A DNA stretch of 63,424 nucleotides, filler included, from Octopus bimaculoides (lineage: Eukaryota), in the NCBI RefSeq assembly GCF_001194135.2. It is 6 parts of 6 records of this genome, joined end to end, with 100 filler letters (N's around TTAATTAATTAA, not from the genome) between each part and the next. Parts side by side here need not be neighbours in the genome. Positions count along the whole stretch, not along the records: positions 60,318 to 63,424 come from NC_068990.1; 5 more parts are not named here. One strand, given 5' to 3'. The notes beneath the pieces were generated by a model. It saw nothing but the letters and a program-made list of their open reading frames with translations, searched no databases and was not told the origin of the DNA. The position numbers and the translations under genes are program-made. Shown one piece after another: positions 63,323 to 63,424 of this stretch (the stretch's first letter is position 1; every line of letters starts with the position of its first letter).

Positions 63323-63424
63323 CCCATCTGTAAAGTTAAACCATATCATAAGATCAGAATGTCGCTTCATTATTGCAACAAGATTTAGGGCCATGGGCAC
63401 GATTCAAATCCATTATTCAGTTAT

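Overview
This is AT-rich, microsatellite-dense eukaryotic DNA. Its tRNA-derived SINE families and AC/AT/TACA microsatellites suggest a coleoid cephalopod, probably Octopus (inferred from repeat content, not checked against a database). The window is not contiguous: five identical 100-bp artificial linkers (44 N + TTAATTAATTAA + 44 N) join six unrelated pieces, A 1-31069, B 31170-55226, C 55327-57284, D 57385-58758, E 58859-60217 and F 60318-63424. No protein-coding gene can be named, and almost all ORFs in the supplied track are microsatellite or N-gap artefacts. Supported content: fossil DNA transposons (MULE, mariner, a mariner MITE), fossil non-LTR retroelements (RLE-type R4/Dong/NeSL-like pieces, a Penelope-like piece, an RTE-like piece), many SINEs and a CpG-rich 51-bp satellite filling piece D. 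There is also a well-formed core promoter near 23.1-23.4 kb (TATA and Inr correctly spaced, CCAAT, palindromic E-box, CArG) with a candidate spliced small ORF. The most unusual object is in piece F: a head-to-head pair of tRNA-headed SINEs, each carrying a Penelope-type minimal hammerhead ribozyme motif near its 3' end. A collapsed, ends-only relic of the same inverted dimer lies in piece A.
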